DNA of 64,000 nucleotides from Solimicrobium sp. (GTDB lineage Bacteria; Pseudomonadota; Gammaproteobacteria; Burkholderiales; Burkholderiaceae_D): NCBI GenBank assembly GCA_021155915.1, contig JAJNBE010000029.1, positions 4,376 to 68,375 of the forward strand, read 5' to 3'. Shown piece by piece: positions 1 to 8,832 of this stretch (position 1 is its first letter; each line of letters starts with the position of its first letter). The notes under the pieces were generated by a model. It saw only the letters and a program-made list of their open reading frames with translations, ran no database searches and was not told where the DNA came from. The position numbers and the translations under genes were made by a program.

Positions 1-478
1 GCTCATAAAAAGAAAAGTGAGAAAGATCAGCGCCTTCCAAATCTAAGGTCTCCACGCTGCCGTCTCTTTTGATTGAGCTTATCAAAATAAACATTTTTGA
101 ACGCGATTTTTCAGCAGATTCGAAATAGCTCGGTTTAAAAATAGCAGATAAAGTTCGGGTTAACCCCTCGGGTAAAAAATGTGATCCAGACCAGCGAGCC
201 TCCAGTTCCCCATAAGTTTTTACCAGTAATTCTGTCATCCATGTTTTTTTACCCAAGCATTCTTCTAGGCTGATTTTCCCGGTAAGAAAACCGAGCAAAC
301 GCTCATTAGGCACAGCGTGTCTACGCATTAAAATTAATAGATTTTGAAATGGCTTACTCGCTTTCAAATCATCAAGAAATGCACGATCTTTATCAATACG
401 GCTTTTTAAATTGACTATATCTTCCTCGTTAGGAGTAACGAAAAGAGAGGTAGTTACTGTTATGTTGACAGGCTGCAT
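1..478 (-). CDS. Pentapeptide-repeat family paralogue 1 (partial; 3' part lies beyond the left window edge)
   Basis: Manual translation from ATG at 478 (MQPVNITVTT...KPFQNLLILM...SYFESAEKSRSKM...TLDLEGADLS) is open to the window edge and matches the N-domain of the 604- and 724-aa paralogues. It is absent from the ORF track because the stop is outside the window. Confidence 0.9.
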   Translation of the reverse strand, partial: MQPVNITVTTSLFVTPNEEDIVNLKSRIDKDRAFLDDLKASKPFQNLLILMRRHAVPNERLLGFLTGKISLEECLGKKTWMTELLVKTYGELEARWSGSHFLPEGLTRTLSAIFKPSYFESAEKSRSKMFILISSIKRDGSVETLDLEGADLSHFSFYE

Positions 479-591
479 AGTTTGCTTTCGGAAGTTAGTG
501 TCGGTTAGGGATTTTAGCTAACAGGTGCTGCTTGCGAAGTGGTAAGGTATGGGTAAGTTTGCGGTAAGGTAATAGGCTGCCTAATCATTCC

Positions 592-636
592 ATTATCGTT
601 CGAACAGCCTGTAACGACTATTGTGGATATCCACTA
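592..636 (-). promoter_or_regulatory. Shared paralogue promoter: palindromic site (621-636) plus GATAAT -10 element (592-597, minus strand)
   Basis: ttgtggatatccacta lies 23 nt from attatc; the same layout recurs upstream of four other paralogues. Confidence 0.65.
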
Positions 637-895
637 AGTTAAAAGCGCATTTTTCGGGTTGGTGGCGATCTCCGGCGTTCGTTATACTACTGGTCGAATC
701 AGTTGGGACTCGACCGACGAACTAGCATGCAGATACATTCGGTTTTGCAAGCGGAAACGGGACGAGTCAGGACAAAAGTTATTTTGCCCAAATGCGTTTT
801 ACATGGCCAAATTCCCGTTGCACTCCTTCTGATTTAATCCCTTGAGATGTTTCAGTACATAATTAAGATTGCTGCGCAATAACCGGAGTCCGCAG

Positions 896-1989
896 TTAAA
901 TTAGATCCCGACCAATTTGGTTGGTCAGCTCTACAGGAAAACCAGTTTTTTCAAAAGTGAATTCCCCGATGATTTGCGATAATAATTGGTATTTTTTGAA
1001 TGCTTTTTCCTTTTCTTGTTCTTTTATCATTTCAGAGATGTCATCATTATTACATTTCGCCCCAATCAAGCTGGTGTTAAGCAATTGAGCTGTCTTTATC
1101 GTTTCGGGTAAGTAAGATTCGGACAAGTTAGCCCCGTCAAAATCGGCCCCCGATACGGACGCCTGGGACAGATTAACCCGACACAGGTTGGCCGAAGACA
1201 AGTTAGCTAAAACTAAGAGTGAATAAGACAAGTTGGCATTAGACAAATTAGCCTTCGATAAGTTAGCTCCAACTAAGCGTGAATAAGACAAGTCGGCATT
1301 AGATAAGTTAGCCTCCGATAAATTAGCCTTAAAAAAGGTAGCGTGACATAGTTCAGTTGCAGAAAAGTTCGCTTTAGTCAAGTTGCATCCTTCAAAATTA
1401 GCCTCAAATAACGTCGACTCAGACAAATTTGCACCAGACAGGTCAGCATCATACAAGCAGGCGCGCGACAAGTTAGCCCTGGACAAGTCAGCTCCAGACA
1501 AGTCAGCCTTTTGCAAAGAACAGCCAGAAAGGTCAGCGCCTGTCAAATTTAACGTTACCGCGCCGACATTTCTTTCAATTACACCCATCAGAATCCGCAT
1601 TTTTGAGTGCGATTTCTCAGCAGATTCGAAGTAGCCCTGTTCAAAAATAGTAGATAACGTAGTGACTAACGATTTGGACAAGAAATGTGAGCTATACTCG
1701 TAATACTCTACCACCGTAGAAGTTTCTACCACAAATCTGGTCTGGTCATCCATGTGTTTTTACCCAGGCATTCTTCCAGGCTGACCTTCCCGATAAGAAA
1801 ATTGAGCAGACGCTCCTCCGGGACCTCGGCTTTATGCATAAGGACTAAGAGATTTTGAAAGGAATTCCTGGCTTTCAGCTTCTCAAGAAAGGGTCGGTTT
1901 TTATCTATTCGGCTGTTTAAATTGACTACGTCTGTCTGATCGGGAGACACGTACAGATAATTATTTACTGATCGGTTGATGGGCTGCAT
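896..1989 (-). pseudogene. Pentapeptide-repeat paralogue 2, frameshifted by a 5-bp duplication (362 aa if repaired; 30 pentapeptides)
   Basis: ORF 1726..1989 encodes the N-domain start and ORF 896..1753 encodes the rest. Removing one copy of tctgg at 1736-1745 restores exact colinearity with the paralogues (WMT-x16-SHF). Confidence 0.9.
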
Positions 1990-2090
1990 AGTTCTCTTTC
2001 TTATTTTGTATTCAACTGGTCCGATACCTCTTGCAAGGTCGTCTCATGGCAGGTTACTTCCGATAAGCCAACATACTGCCTGCTTATGCC

Positions 2091-2135
2091 ATTATCGGTG
2101 TCGCAGCGTGTAACCGCTATTGTGGATATCCTCTA
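2091..2135 (-). promoter_or_regulatory. Shared paralogue promoter (copy upstream of paralogue 2)
   Basis: attatc at 2091-2096, a 23-nt gap, then ttgtggatatcctcta at 2120-2135. Confidence 0.65.
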
Positions 2136-2175
2136 AGCACTAACCACATTTCTCAGCAGGTAGACGCGGCTCTAG

Positions 2176-2965
2176 TTGCCGTTTGTCAAACCAGCCCCAG
2201 ACATGTTCGCCTTAATCCATTTAGCGCCAGACAATCTAGCGCCCGATAGTTTCGTCTTAGGGAAGCACGTCTCCGACAAGTCAGCCTATAACAACCAGCC
2301 TCGTATAAATCTGCTTCCGAACAATTAGCCGAAGTTAAGTTAGCTCCAGTTAAATTAGTCCAAGATAAGTTAGCTTTTGATAAGTTAGCTCTAGATAAGG
2401 ACGCCCCAAGTGAGCCCAGGTCAAGTTCGCCTCGAAAAAGTTTGAATTGGATAAATTAACCCCGGACAAGTCTGCCTCCGACAAATTAGCTCCACAAAAG
2501 GAAAAGTTAATAAGATCAGCGCCCGTTAATCTAGCTTCTTGATTTATCGTCTCTTTTGAGGGAACTCATCAGAATAAGCATTTTTGAATGCGATTTCTCA
2601 GCAGATTCGAAATAGCCCTGTTTAAATATAGCGGATAACGTAGTGGCTAACGTTTCGGACAAAAAATGCGACCCAAACCAGCGGACCTCCAGCTTGTCGT
2701 TAGTCTTTACCAGTAATGTTGTCATCCAGTTTTTTTCACCCAGACATTCTTCCAGGCTAATTTTCCCAGTAAGAAATTCAAGCAAACGCTGCTCGGGCAC
2801 AGCCGCTTGACGCATAAGGACTAAGAGATCTTGAAATGGCTGGCTGGCTTTCAGGTCCTCAAGAAAGGGGCGGTTTTTATCTATTCGGCTGTTTAAGTTG
2901 ACTACGTCCGTTTGGTCGGAAGTAACGTTATGATTAGTATTTGCTAACCGGTTGATGGGCTGCAT
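2176..2965 (-). pseudogene. Pentapeptide-repeat paralogue 3, truncated pseudogene
   Basis: The N-domain is intact (MQPINR at 2965; nearly identical to paralogue 4). Small deletions near 2530 give a stop, degenerate A(N/D)LSG repeats continue to ~2176, and the C-domain is absent. Confidence 0.85.
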
Positions 2966-3224
2966 AGTTCGCTTTCTCAAGTTAATGACGAGTAAGATTC
3001 AGCTATCCGGTGCCTCGTGCTAAATAGTCCCATTTCCAGCCAACTTTTTGTAACACGGTATACCGCTTGATCGTGCCATTATTGGTCGCGCAGACTTTTG
3101 GACAATTTTGTCGCCAAATTTCAGTTAAATTCTCCTGATTTAACTGCTTAAGATAGTTCAGTTCCAAACTGAAAATCGCTGCGAGACCTGCGGGTCCAGT
3201 TGTGGCGCGACCGAAAAACTAGCA

Positions 3225-3357
3225 GAGCCCTCCCTATTCCTACCCTCGACTGCGTAAGCCAAATACGCCGTTGCGCGGTTGCTTATGTGCTCGAGTACAT
3301 AAGGATTGCTACAGTGCACCTTGTCTTTGGCTCGCTCGCTACCGTTACGCAGAGGTC
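3225..3357 (+). mobile_element. MITE-like family A copy (degenerate) with TAGCA target duplication
   Basis: Homologous to the copies at 12005 and 31275. tagca flanks both sides (3220-3224, 3358-3362), and the paralogous flank at 711-740 has a single tagca (empty site). Confidence 0.8.
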
Positions 3358-3527
3358 TAGCATGCAGATACATGCGGTTTTACAAGGGGAAACGGGATGA
3401 GTAAGGACCACAGTTATCCTGCAAAAATGTGTTCCGTGGCCAAATTCAATTGAAGCCCTTCTGATTTAATCCCTTGAGATGTTTCAGTTCATAATTAAGA
3501 TTGCTGCGTAATAGCCGGAGTCCACAG

Positions 3528-5342
3528 TCAAATCAGATCACGACCAATTTGGTTGGTCAGCTCTACAGGAAATTCAGCTCCTTCAAAAGTAAATGCCCCG
3601 ACAATTTGCGATAACAATTGATATTTTTTGGGTGCCTCTTCGATCTCTTGCTGTTTTTTTATCATAGCTGAAATATCATCGTTATCGGATTGGGTACCCA
3701 CCAACTTAACGTCTTGCAATTGGTGTGTATATATCTTCAATGATGTCAAGTCAGCCCCGGATAAGTTGGCTCCAGTCAAGTTAGCCGTCCAAGCGTGTGT
3801 ATTAGATAAGTTAGCCGCCGATAAGTTAGCCCCGGATAAGTCAGTGCCAGATAAATAAGCCATAGACAAGTCAGCCCCACTTAAGTTAATCCCAGTCAGT
3901 ATCGCATCCTCTAAAAAAGCTCCTGACAAATTTGCTCCGGTTAAATTAGCTCCCAATAAGATCGCCTGTGAAAAGTTAGTGTAAGACATTTTAGCTCGAG
4001 TTAAGTTAGCGTCCGATAAATTGACCGCGTACATCCTAGTTTCAATCATGCGAGCCATTGACAAGTTGACTCCGGAAAAGTTTACTGCAGACATTCTAGT
4101 TCCAGACAAGTAAGCCTCAGACAAGTTAGCACCTGAGAAATTAGTTCCGTGCAACCCAGCATCGTACAGATTAACTTCTGTCAGATCAGCCGAAGAAAAG
4201 TTAGCGAGACTCAAATTAGCTCGAGACAAGCTGGCCTTCGACAAATTTGCCGAGGACAGATTAGCGCCACACAAGTTCGCGTCCAGCAACTTAGCCCCAG
4301 ATATATCAGCCTCCGTCAAGTTAGCGTTAGTCAAGTTAGCTTCACAAAAATTAGCCCCACACAAGTTAGCCTTAGACAAATCAACACCAGTCAAGTTGAC
4401 TCTATATAGGTTAATGTAAGACAAGTTGGCTGCAGACAGGTTAGCCCCGGATAAGTTAGCCTTAATCAGTTTAGCGCCGGACAATTTAGCACCCGATAAT
4501 TTAGCCTTAGGAAAGAAGGCTTGGGACAAGTCAGCTCCAGGCAAAAAAGCTCCGAATAAATCCGCTCCCGATAAATTAGCCGCAGTTAAGTTAGCTTCAG
4601 TTAAATTAGTCCAAGCTAAGTTAGCTTCAGTTAAGTTAGCTCCATATAAGGAGGCCCAAGACAAGTTAGCCTCTGTTAAGTTAACTTCGGACAAGTAAGC
4701 CTTATGCAAGTGAGCCTTATGCAAATTAGCCCTAGACAAGTCAGCCCTGCATAAGTTAGCTCGAAAAAAACTGGACGCAGACAAGTTAGCTCCAGCCAAG
4801 TTTGCCCTGGATAAATTAGCACTGGACAAGTTTGCCCCGGACAAGTCTGCCCCCGACAAATCAGCTCCACAAAAGGAAAAGTTGGTAAGGTCAGCGCCCG
4901 CTAGATCTAGCTTTCCTGAGCAATCGTCTCTTTTGACGGAACTCAGCAAAATAAGCATTTTTGAATGCGATTTTTCAGCAGATTCGAAATAGCCCTGTTT
5001 AAAGATAGCGGATAACGTATTGGCTAACGAATCGGATAGAAAATGTGAGCCAAACCAGCGAGGCTCCAGCTTGTCGTTAGTCTTCAATAGCAATGCTGTC
5101 ATCCAGTTTTTTTCACCCAGGCATTCCTCCAGGCTGGTTTTCCCCATAAGAAATTCCAGCAAGCGTTCCTCTGGGACCGCCGCTTGACGCATAAGGACTA
5201 AGAGATTTTGAAATGGCTGGCTGGCTTTCAGGTCCTCCAGAAACGGGCGATTTTTATCTATTCGGCTGTTTAAATTGAATACGTCTGCCGGGTCCGGAGA
5301 CACGTTAAGATTATTATTTACTGATCGGTTGATGGGTTGCAT
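3528..5342 (-). CDS. Pentapeptide-repeat paralogue 4 (604 aa; 78 pentapeptides), candidate effector
   Basis: Conserved N-domain, uninterrupted A(D/N)Lxx repeats, and the conserved C-domain KKYQLLSQIVG.FTFEG..FP.EL..QIG.DLI. Confidence 0.92.
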   Translation of the reverse strand: MQPINRSVNNNLNVSPDPADVFNLNSRIDKNRPFLEDLKASQPFQNLLVLMRQAAVPEERLLEFLMGKTSLEECLGEKNWMTALLLKTNDKLEPRWFGSHFLSDSLANTLSAIFKQGYFESAEKSHSKMLILLSSVKRDDCSGKLDLAGADLTNFSFCGADLSGADLSGANLSSANLSRANLAGANLSASSFFRANLCRADLSRANLHKAHLHKAYLSEVNLTEANLSWASLYGANLTEANLAWTNLTEANLTAANLSGADLFGAFLPGADLSQAFFPKAKLSGAKLSGAKLIKANLSGANLSAANLSYINLYRVNLTGVDLSKANLCGANFCEANLTNANLTEADISGAKLLDANLCGANLSSANLSKASLSRANLSLANFSSADLTEVNLYDAGLHGTNFSGANLSEAYLSGTRMSAVNFSGVNLSMARMIETRMYAVNLSDANLTRAKMSYTNFSQAILLGANLTGANLSGAFLEDAILTGINLSGADLSMAYLSGTDLSGANLSAANLSNTHAWTANLTGANLSGADLTSLKIYTHQLQDVKLVGTQSDNDDISAMIKKQQEIEEAPKKYQLLSQIVGAFTFEGAEFPVELTNQIGRDLI

Positions 5343-5443
5343 AGTTTGCTTTGTTAAGTTAAATTCAACTGGTTCGATACCTCTTGCGTTGTTGTCTTAT
5401 CCGGGTTCACTTACGGTAGGCCAACATGCTGCATGCCTATGCC

Positions 5444-5488
5444 ATTATCGGTGTCAAAGCATATAACCGCTATTGTGGATATCCACAA
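5444..5488 (-). promoter_or_regulatory. Shared paralogue promoter with perfect 16-bp palindrome TTGTGGATATCCACAA
   Basis: attatc at 5444-5449, a 23-nt gap, then a perfect palindrome at 5473-5488. Confidence 0.7.
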
Positions 5489-5750
5489 AGTAAAAACCAC
5501 ATTTCTCAGATTGTGCACGTGCCTTTAGTGGTGTATGGTCCGAGAGGGGTGAGTCCTTATGAGAAACCCGTAGAATTGGAAGGCAAAAACAGGCTGCCTT
5601 GCCCGGGGAGCTAGATAAAACTAGAACACAGATTCATCCCTATTAAATTATCGTTTGGTCGTTTCATTCAGCGGAACCTTTTCTAATTTAACCGTTTTAG
5701 ATAAATCAGCTCCAAACTGAAAATTAGTGCGAAAAAAGGCGTATCCCTAG

Positions 5751-7925
5751 TCAAAACAGATCACCACCAATCTTATTGATGAGCTCAGCAGGAAAAGGGC
5801 TTCCTTCAAAAGTGAATTCCCCGACGATTTGCGATAACAACTGATATTTTTTTGGTGCTTCTTCGATCTCTTTCTGTTTTTTTATCAGGGCCGAAATTTT
5901 ATCGTCATCGGACCGGGCGCCAATCAATTTAGCGTTAAGCAACTGAGCTGTTTGTATCCACTTTGCTCGCAAGTCAGCCCCGGATAAGTCGGCTTCGGTC
6001 AAGTTAGCATGCCACAAGTCAGAACCTGATAAGTCAACCCCGGATAAGTTAGCTTTAGTTAAGTTAGCCTTAGTGAAATCGGTACCGGACAATTTAGCAC
6101 GAGTTAGGATAACTCCCGACAGGTTCGCCCGACTTATTGACGCCCCCGACAAGTCTGCTCCGGTTAAGTCGACTTCCGACAAATTCGCCTGAGTTAATTT
6201 AGCCTTAGATAATTTAGCATCAGTTAAGTTAGCGCCGGATAAGTTTGCCATGAACATGTCAGTTTTGAATAAGCGAGCCAGAGACAGGTTGGCACCACAT
6301 AAATCGGACTGAGATAAATCAGCCTCAGACAGGTCAGCCGCTGAGAAATTAGTCCCCCGTAAGTCAGCATTATTCAGCTCGGCTCCAGTCAGGTCAGCGG
6401 AAGAGAAATCAGTTAGAGCTAAACACGCTTGAATCAAGTTTGCCTTAGGCAAATTTGCTTTAGAGAAGTTCGCTTCCCTCAACTCAGCTCCAAAAAATTT
6501 GGCCCCCGACAAGTCTGCACCGGTTAAGTTAGCTTTAGCTAAGTTAGCTTTAGTGAAATTGGTGCCGGATAATTTAGCACGACTTAGGATAACTCCCGAC
6601 AAGTTCGCCTGAAATAAATCAGCCTCAGACAGGTCAGCAGCTAAGAAATTAGTACCCTGTAAGTCAGCATAATGCAGCTTGACTCCAGTCAGGTTAGCCG
6701 AAGAGAAATTAGCTAGAGCTAAACACGCTCCATTCAAGAGGGCCTGAGACAAGTTAGCCAAGGACAGATTAGCATTAGACAAGTTTGCCTCTCCCAACTT
6801 AGCCTCAGATAAGTTAGCCTTAATCAAGTTAGCGTAAGCCAAGTTAGCATTACAAAAAATAGCCTTAGACAAATTCGCTTTAGACAAGTTAGCGTAATCC
6901 AAGCTGGCCTCACAAAAATTTGCCCAAGACAAATTCGCGTGAGACAAATCGACGCCCGTCAAGTTTAATCCGACGAAGTTCAAGTAAGACAAGTCAGTTT
7001 TAGACAGGTTAGCCCCAGACAAGTTAGTCCTAAACAGTTTAGCCCCGAACAATTTCGCGCCCGATAACCTAGCCTTAGTGAAGCAAGCTCCCGACAAGTC
7101 AGCTTCAAGCAAAAACGCCTCATACAAGTCAGCTCTCGAAAAATTAGCCCCGCGTAAGTTAGCTCCAGTTAAGTTAGCCCAAGATAAGCTTACCTCCGAT
7201 AGGTTAGCTCCAGATAAGGAGGCCCCAGTCAAGTTAGCCTCCGTGAGTTTAGCCCCTGACAAGTCAGCCTTATGCAGGTTAGCCCTATACAAATTAGCCC
7301 CAGTCAAGTCAGCTGCACTCAAGTTAGCACTAAGTAATTTGGATGCGGAGAAGTTAGCTCCTGCCAAGTTGCAATCGGAAAAGTTTGCATTGCACAAGTC
7401 AGCCCCAGACAAGTCAGCCCTGGACAAATCCGCCCCAGACAAATCAGCAGCACACAAGGAAACACCAGAAAGGTCCGTGCCTGCAAGATCTAATGTTAGC
7501 GAGCTAGCATCTTTTTCAATACCGCTCCTCAGAACTACTAATTTCGCATGTGATTTCTCAGTAGATTCGAAATAGCCCTGTTTAAATATAGCAGAAAACC
7601 TAGCGGTTAAGGAGTTGGACAAAAAATGTAAATCCGACCCGCGAACCTCCAGCTCACCGCAAGTTGCTACCATTAAGTATGTCATCCATGATTTTTCACC
7701 CAGGCATTTTTCCAGACTGCCATTCCCGGTAAGAAAACCCAGCAAACATTCTTCTGAAACATCCGCTTTTCGCATAAGGGTTAACAGATTTTGAAATGGC
7801 TTGCTGTCTTTTAGGTCATCAAGAAATGCACGATTTTCTTCTATTCGGCCGATTATATTGACCACGTTTGTCTGGTCTGAAGTCAGATAATGATTAGTAT
7901 TTACTGCGCGGTTGATAGTCTGCAT
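5751..7925 (-). CDS. Pentapeptide-repeat paralogue 5 (724 aa; 102 pentapeptides), candidate effector
   Basis: Same three-part architecture. Contains internal block duplications (ACLAL...ADLSE twice; ANLSGVIL.RAKLSGT.FTK twice). Confidence 0.92.
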   Translation of the reverse strand: MQTINRAVNTNHYLTSDQTNVVNIIGRIEENRAFLDDLKDSKPFQNLLTLMRKADVSEECLLGFLTGNGSLEKCLGEKSWMTYLMVATCGELEVRGSDLHFLSNSLTARFSAIFKQGYFESTEKSHAKLVVLRSGIEKDASSLTLDLAGTDLSGVSLCAADLSGADLSRADLSGADLCNANFSDCNLAGANFSASKLLSANLSAADLTGANLYRANLHKADLSGAKLTEANLTGASLSGANLSEVSLSWANLTGANLRGANFSRADLYEAFLLEADLSGACFTKARLSGAKLFGAKLFRTNLSGANLSKTDLSYLNFVGLNLTGVDLSHANLSWANFCEASLDYANLSKANLSKAIFCNANLAYANLIKANLSEAKLGEANLSNANLSLANLSQALLNGACLALANFSSANLTGVKLHYADLQGTNFLAADLSEADLFQANLSGVILSRAKLSGTNFTKANLAKANLTGADLSGAKFFGAELREANFSKANLPKANLIQACLALTDFSSADLTGAELNNADLRGTNFSAADLSEADLSQSDLCGANLSLARLFKTDMFMANLSGANLTDAKLSKAKLTQANLSEVDLTGADLSGASISRANLSGVILTRAKLSGTDFTKANLTKANLSGVDLSGSDLWHANLTEADLSGADLRAKWIQTAQLLNAKLIGARSDDDKISALIKKQKEIEEAPKKYQLLSQIVGEFTFEGSPFPAELINKIGGDLF

Positions 7926-8025
7926 AGTTCGCTTCTTAGGTTAAGCTCAACTGGTCTGAAATTTCTTGTGAGGTCGTCTCATGGCAGGTTACTTCCGGTA
8001 AGCCAACATTCTGCCTGCTTATGCC

Positions 8026-8070
8026 ATTATCGGTGTCAAAGCATATAACCGCTATTGTGGATATCCTCTA
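8026..8070 (-). promoter_or_regulatory. Shared paralogue promoter (copy upstream of paralogue 5)
   Basis: attatc at 8026-8031, a 23-nt gap, then ttgtggatatcctcta at 8055-8070. Confidence 0.65.
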
Positions 8071-8294
8071 AGTAAAAACCACATTTCTTGGCAGGTCCAC
8101 GCAACCTTAGGGGCTCGTTATAAGACCGGTTGCGCGTATTGTGCGCCATCCGTAGAAGGTAAATCCAGGAATAGAGTGATGCAGATTAAGGTTGTAGGGC
8201 ACGTTGTAATTGATGAGCCTAAACCACAGATGGGGTGCCGATTGTGCGGGTAAGAATATGGATTAAAATCGCAGAAGTAGCAGTTAGATAGCTG

Positions 8295-8418
8295 CGTTCT
8301 GCATGCTGTAGTGGGGTAAGCCAAGATAATAAATATCGTGGCAAATAATCTACCGTTCCGCCGCCCGACTCCGTGCTCCTTGACTTTGACTCGCTCGCTC
8401 CTGTTATGCAGAGGTCTC
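8295..8418 (+). mobile_element. MITE-like family A copy, strongly degenerate (left boundary approximate)
   Basis: The right arm cttgactttgactcgctcgctcctgttatgcagaggtctc matches the family A right end. Confidence 0.6.
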
Positions 8419-8436
8419 CTCTAGCAAAGTTCAGCG

Positions 8437-8675
8437 TCCATTTTTTCTTCCCAAACATTCTCTACACTTGCCTTTCGGGTAAGAAAATCCAGCCGACACT
8501 TCTCCGGTACTTGAGCTTTATGCATAGGAACTAATAGATTTTGAAATGGCTTGAGGATTTACAGGCCATTAATGACTGGGCAGTTTTCCTTTATTCGGCC
8601 GTTCAAACTAACTATCTCCGGCCGGTCTAAAATAAGATTAAACTTTGTAATTACTGACCGGTTGAGTGATTCCCT
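8437..8675 (-). pseudogene. Pentapeptide-repeat paralogue 6, decayed N-terminal fragment
   Basis: Frameshifted remnants SLNRSV...KPFQNLLVPMHKAQVPEK...DFLT. The start codon is lost (AGG), and the fragment ends next to the family A element. Confidence 0.75.
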
Positions 8676-8832
8676 GACTTACTTGGCTAAATGAATGTCG
8701 AACAAAATTTAGTCGGTTATCCTCTTACGATTCCATCCCATTTCAGCGAATGTCGAAAAATAGGAGGCTGTCTTGTTATTACATTAGCGGTTTGCACGGC
8801 TTGGGACGGCTGTTGTGTGCTGGATTTCCCAG

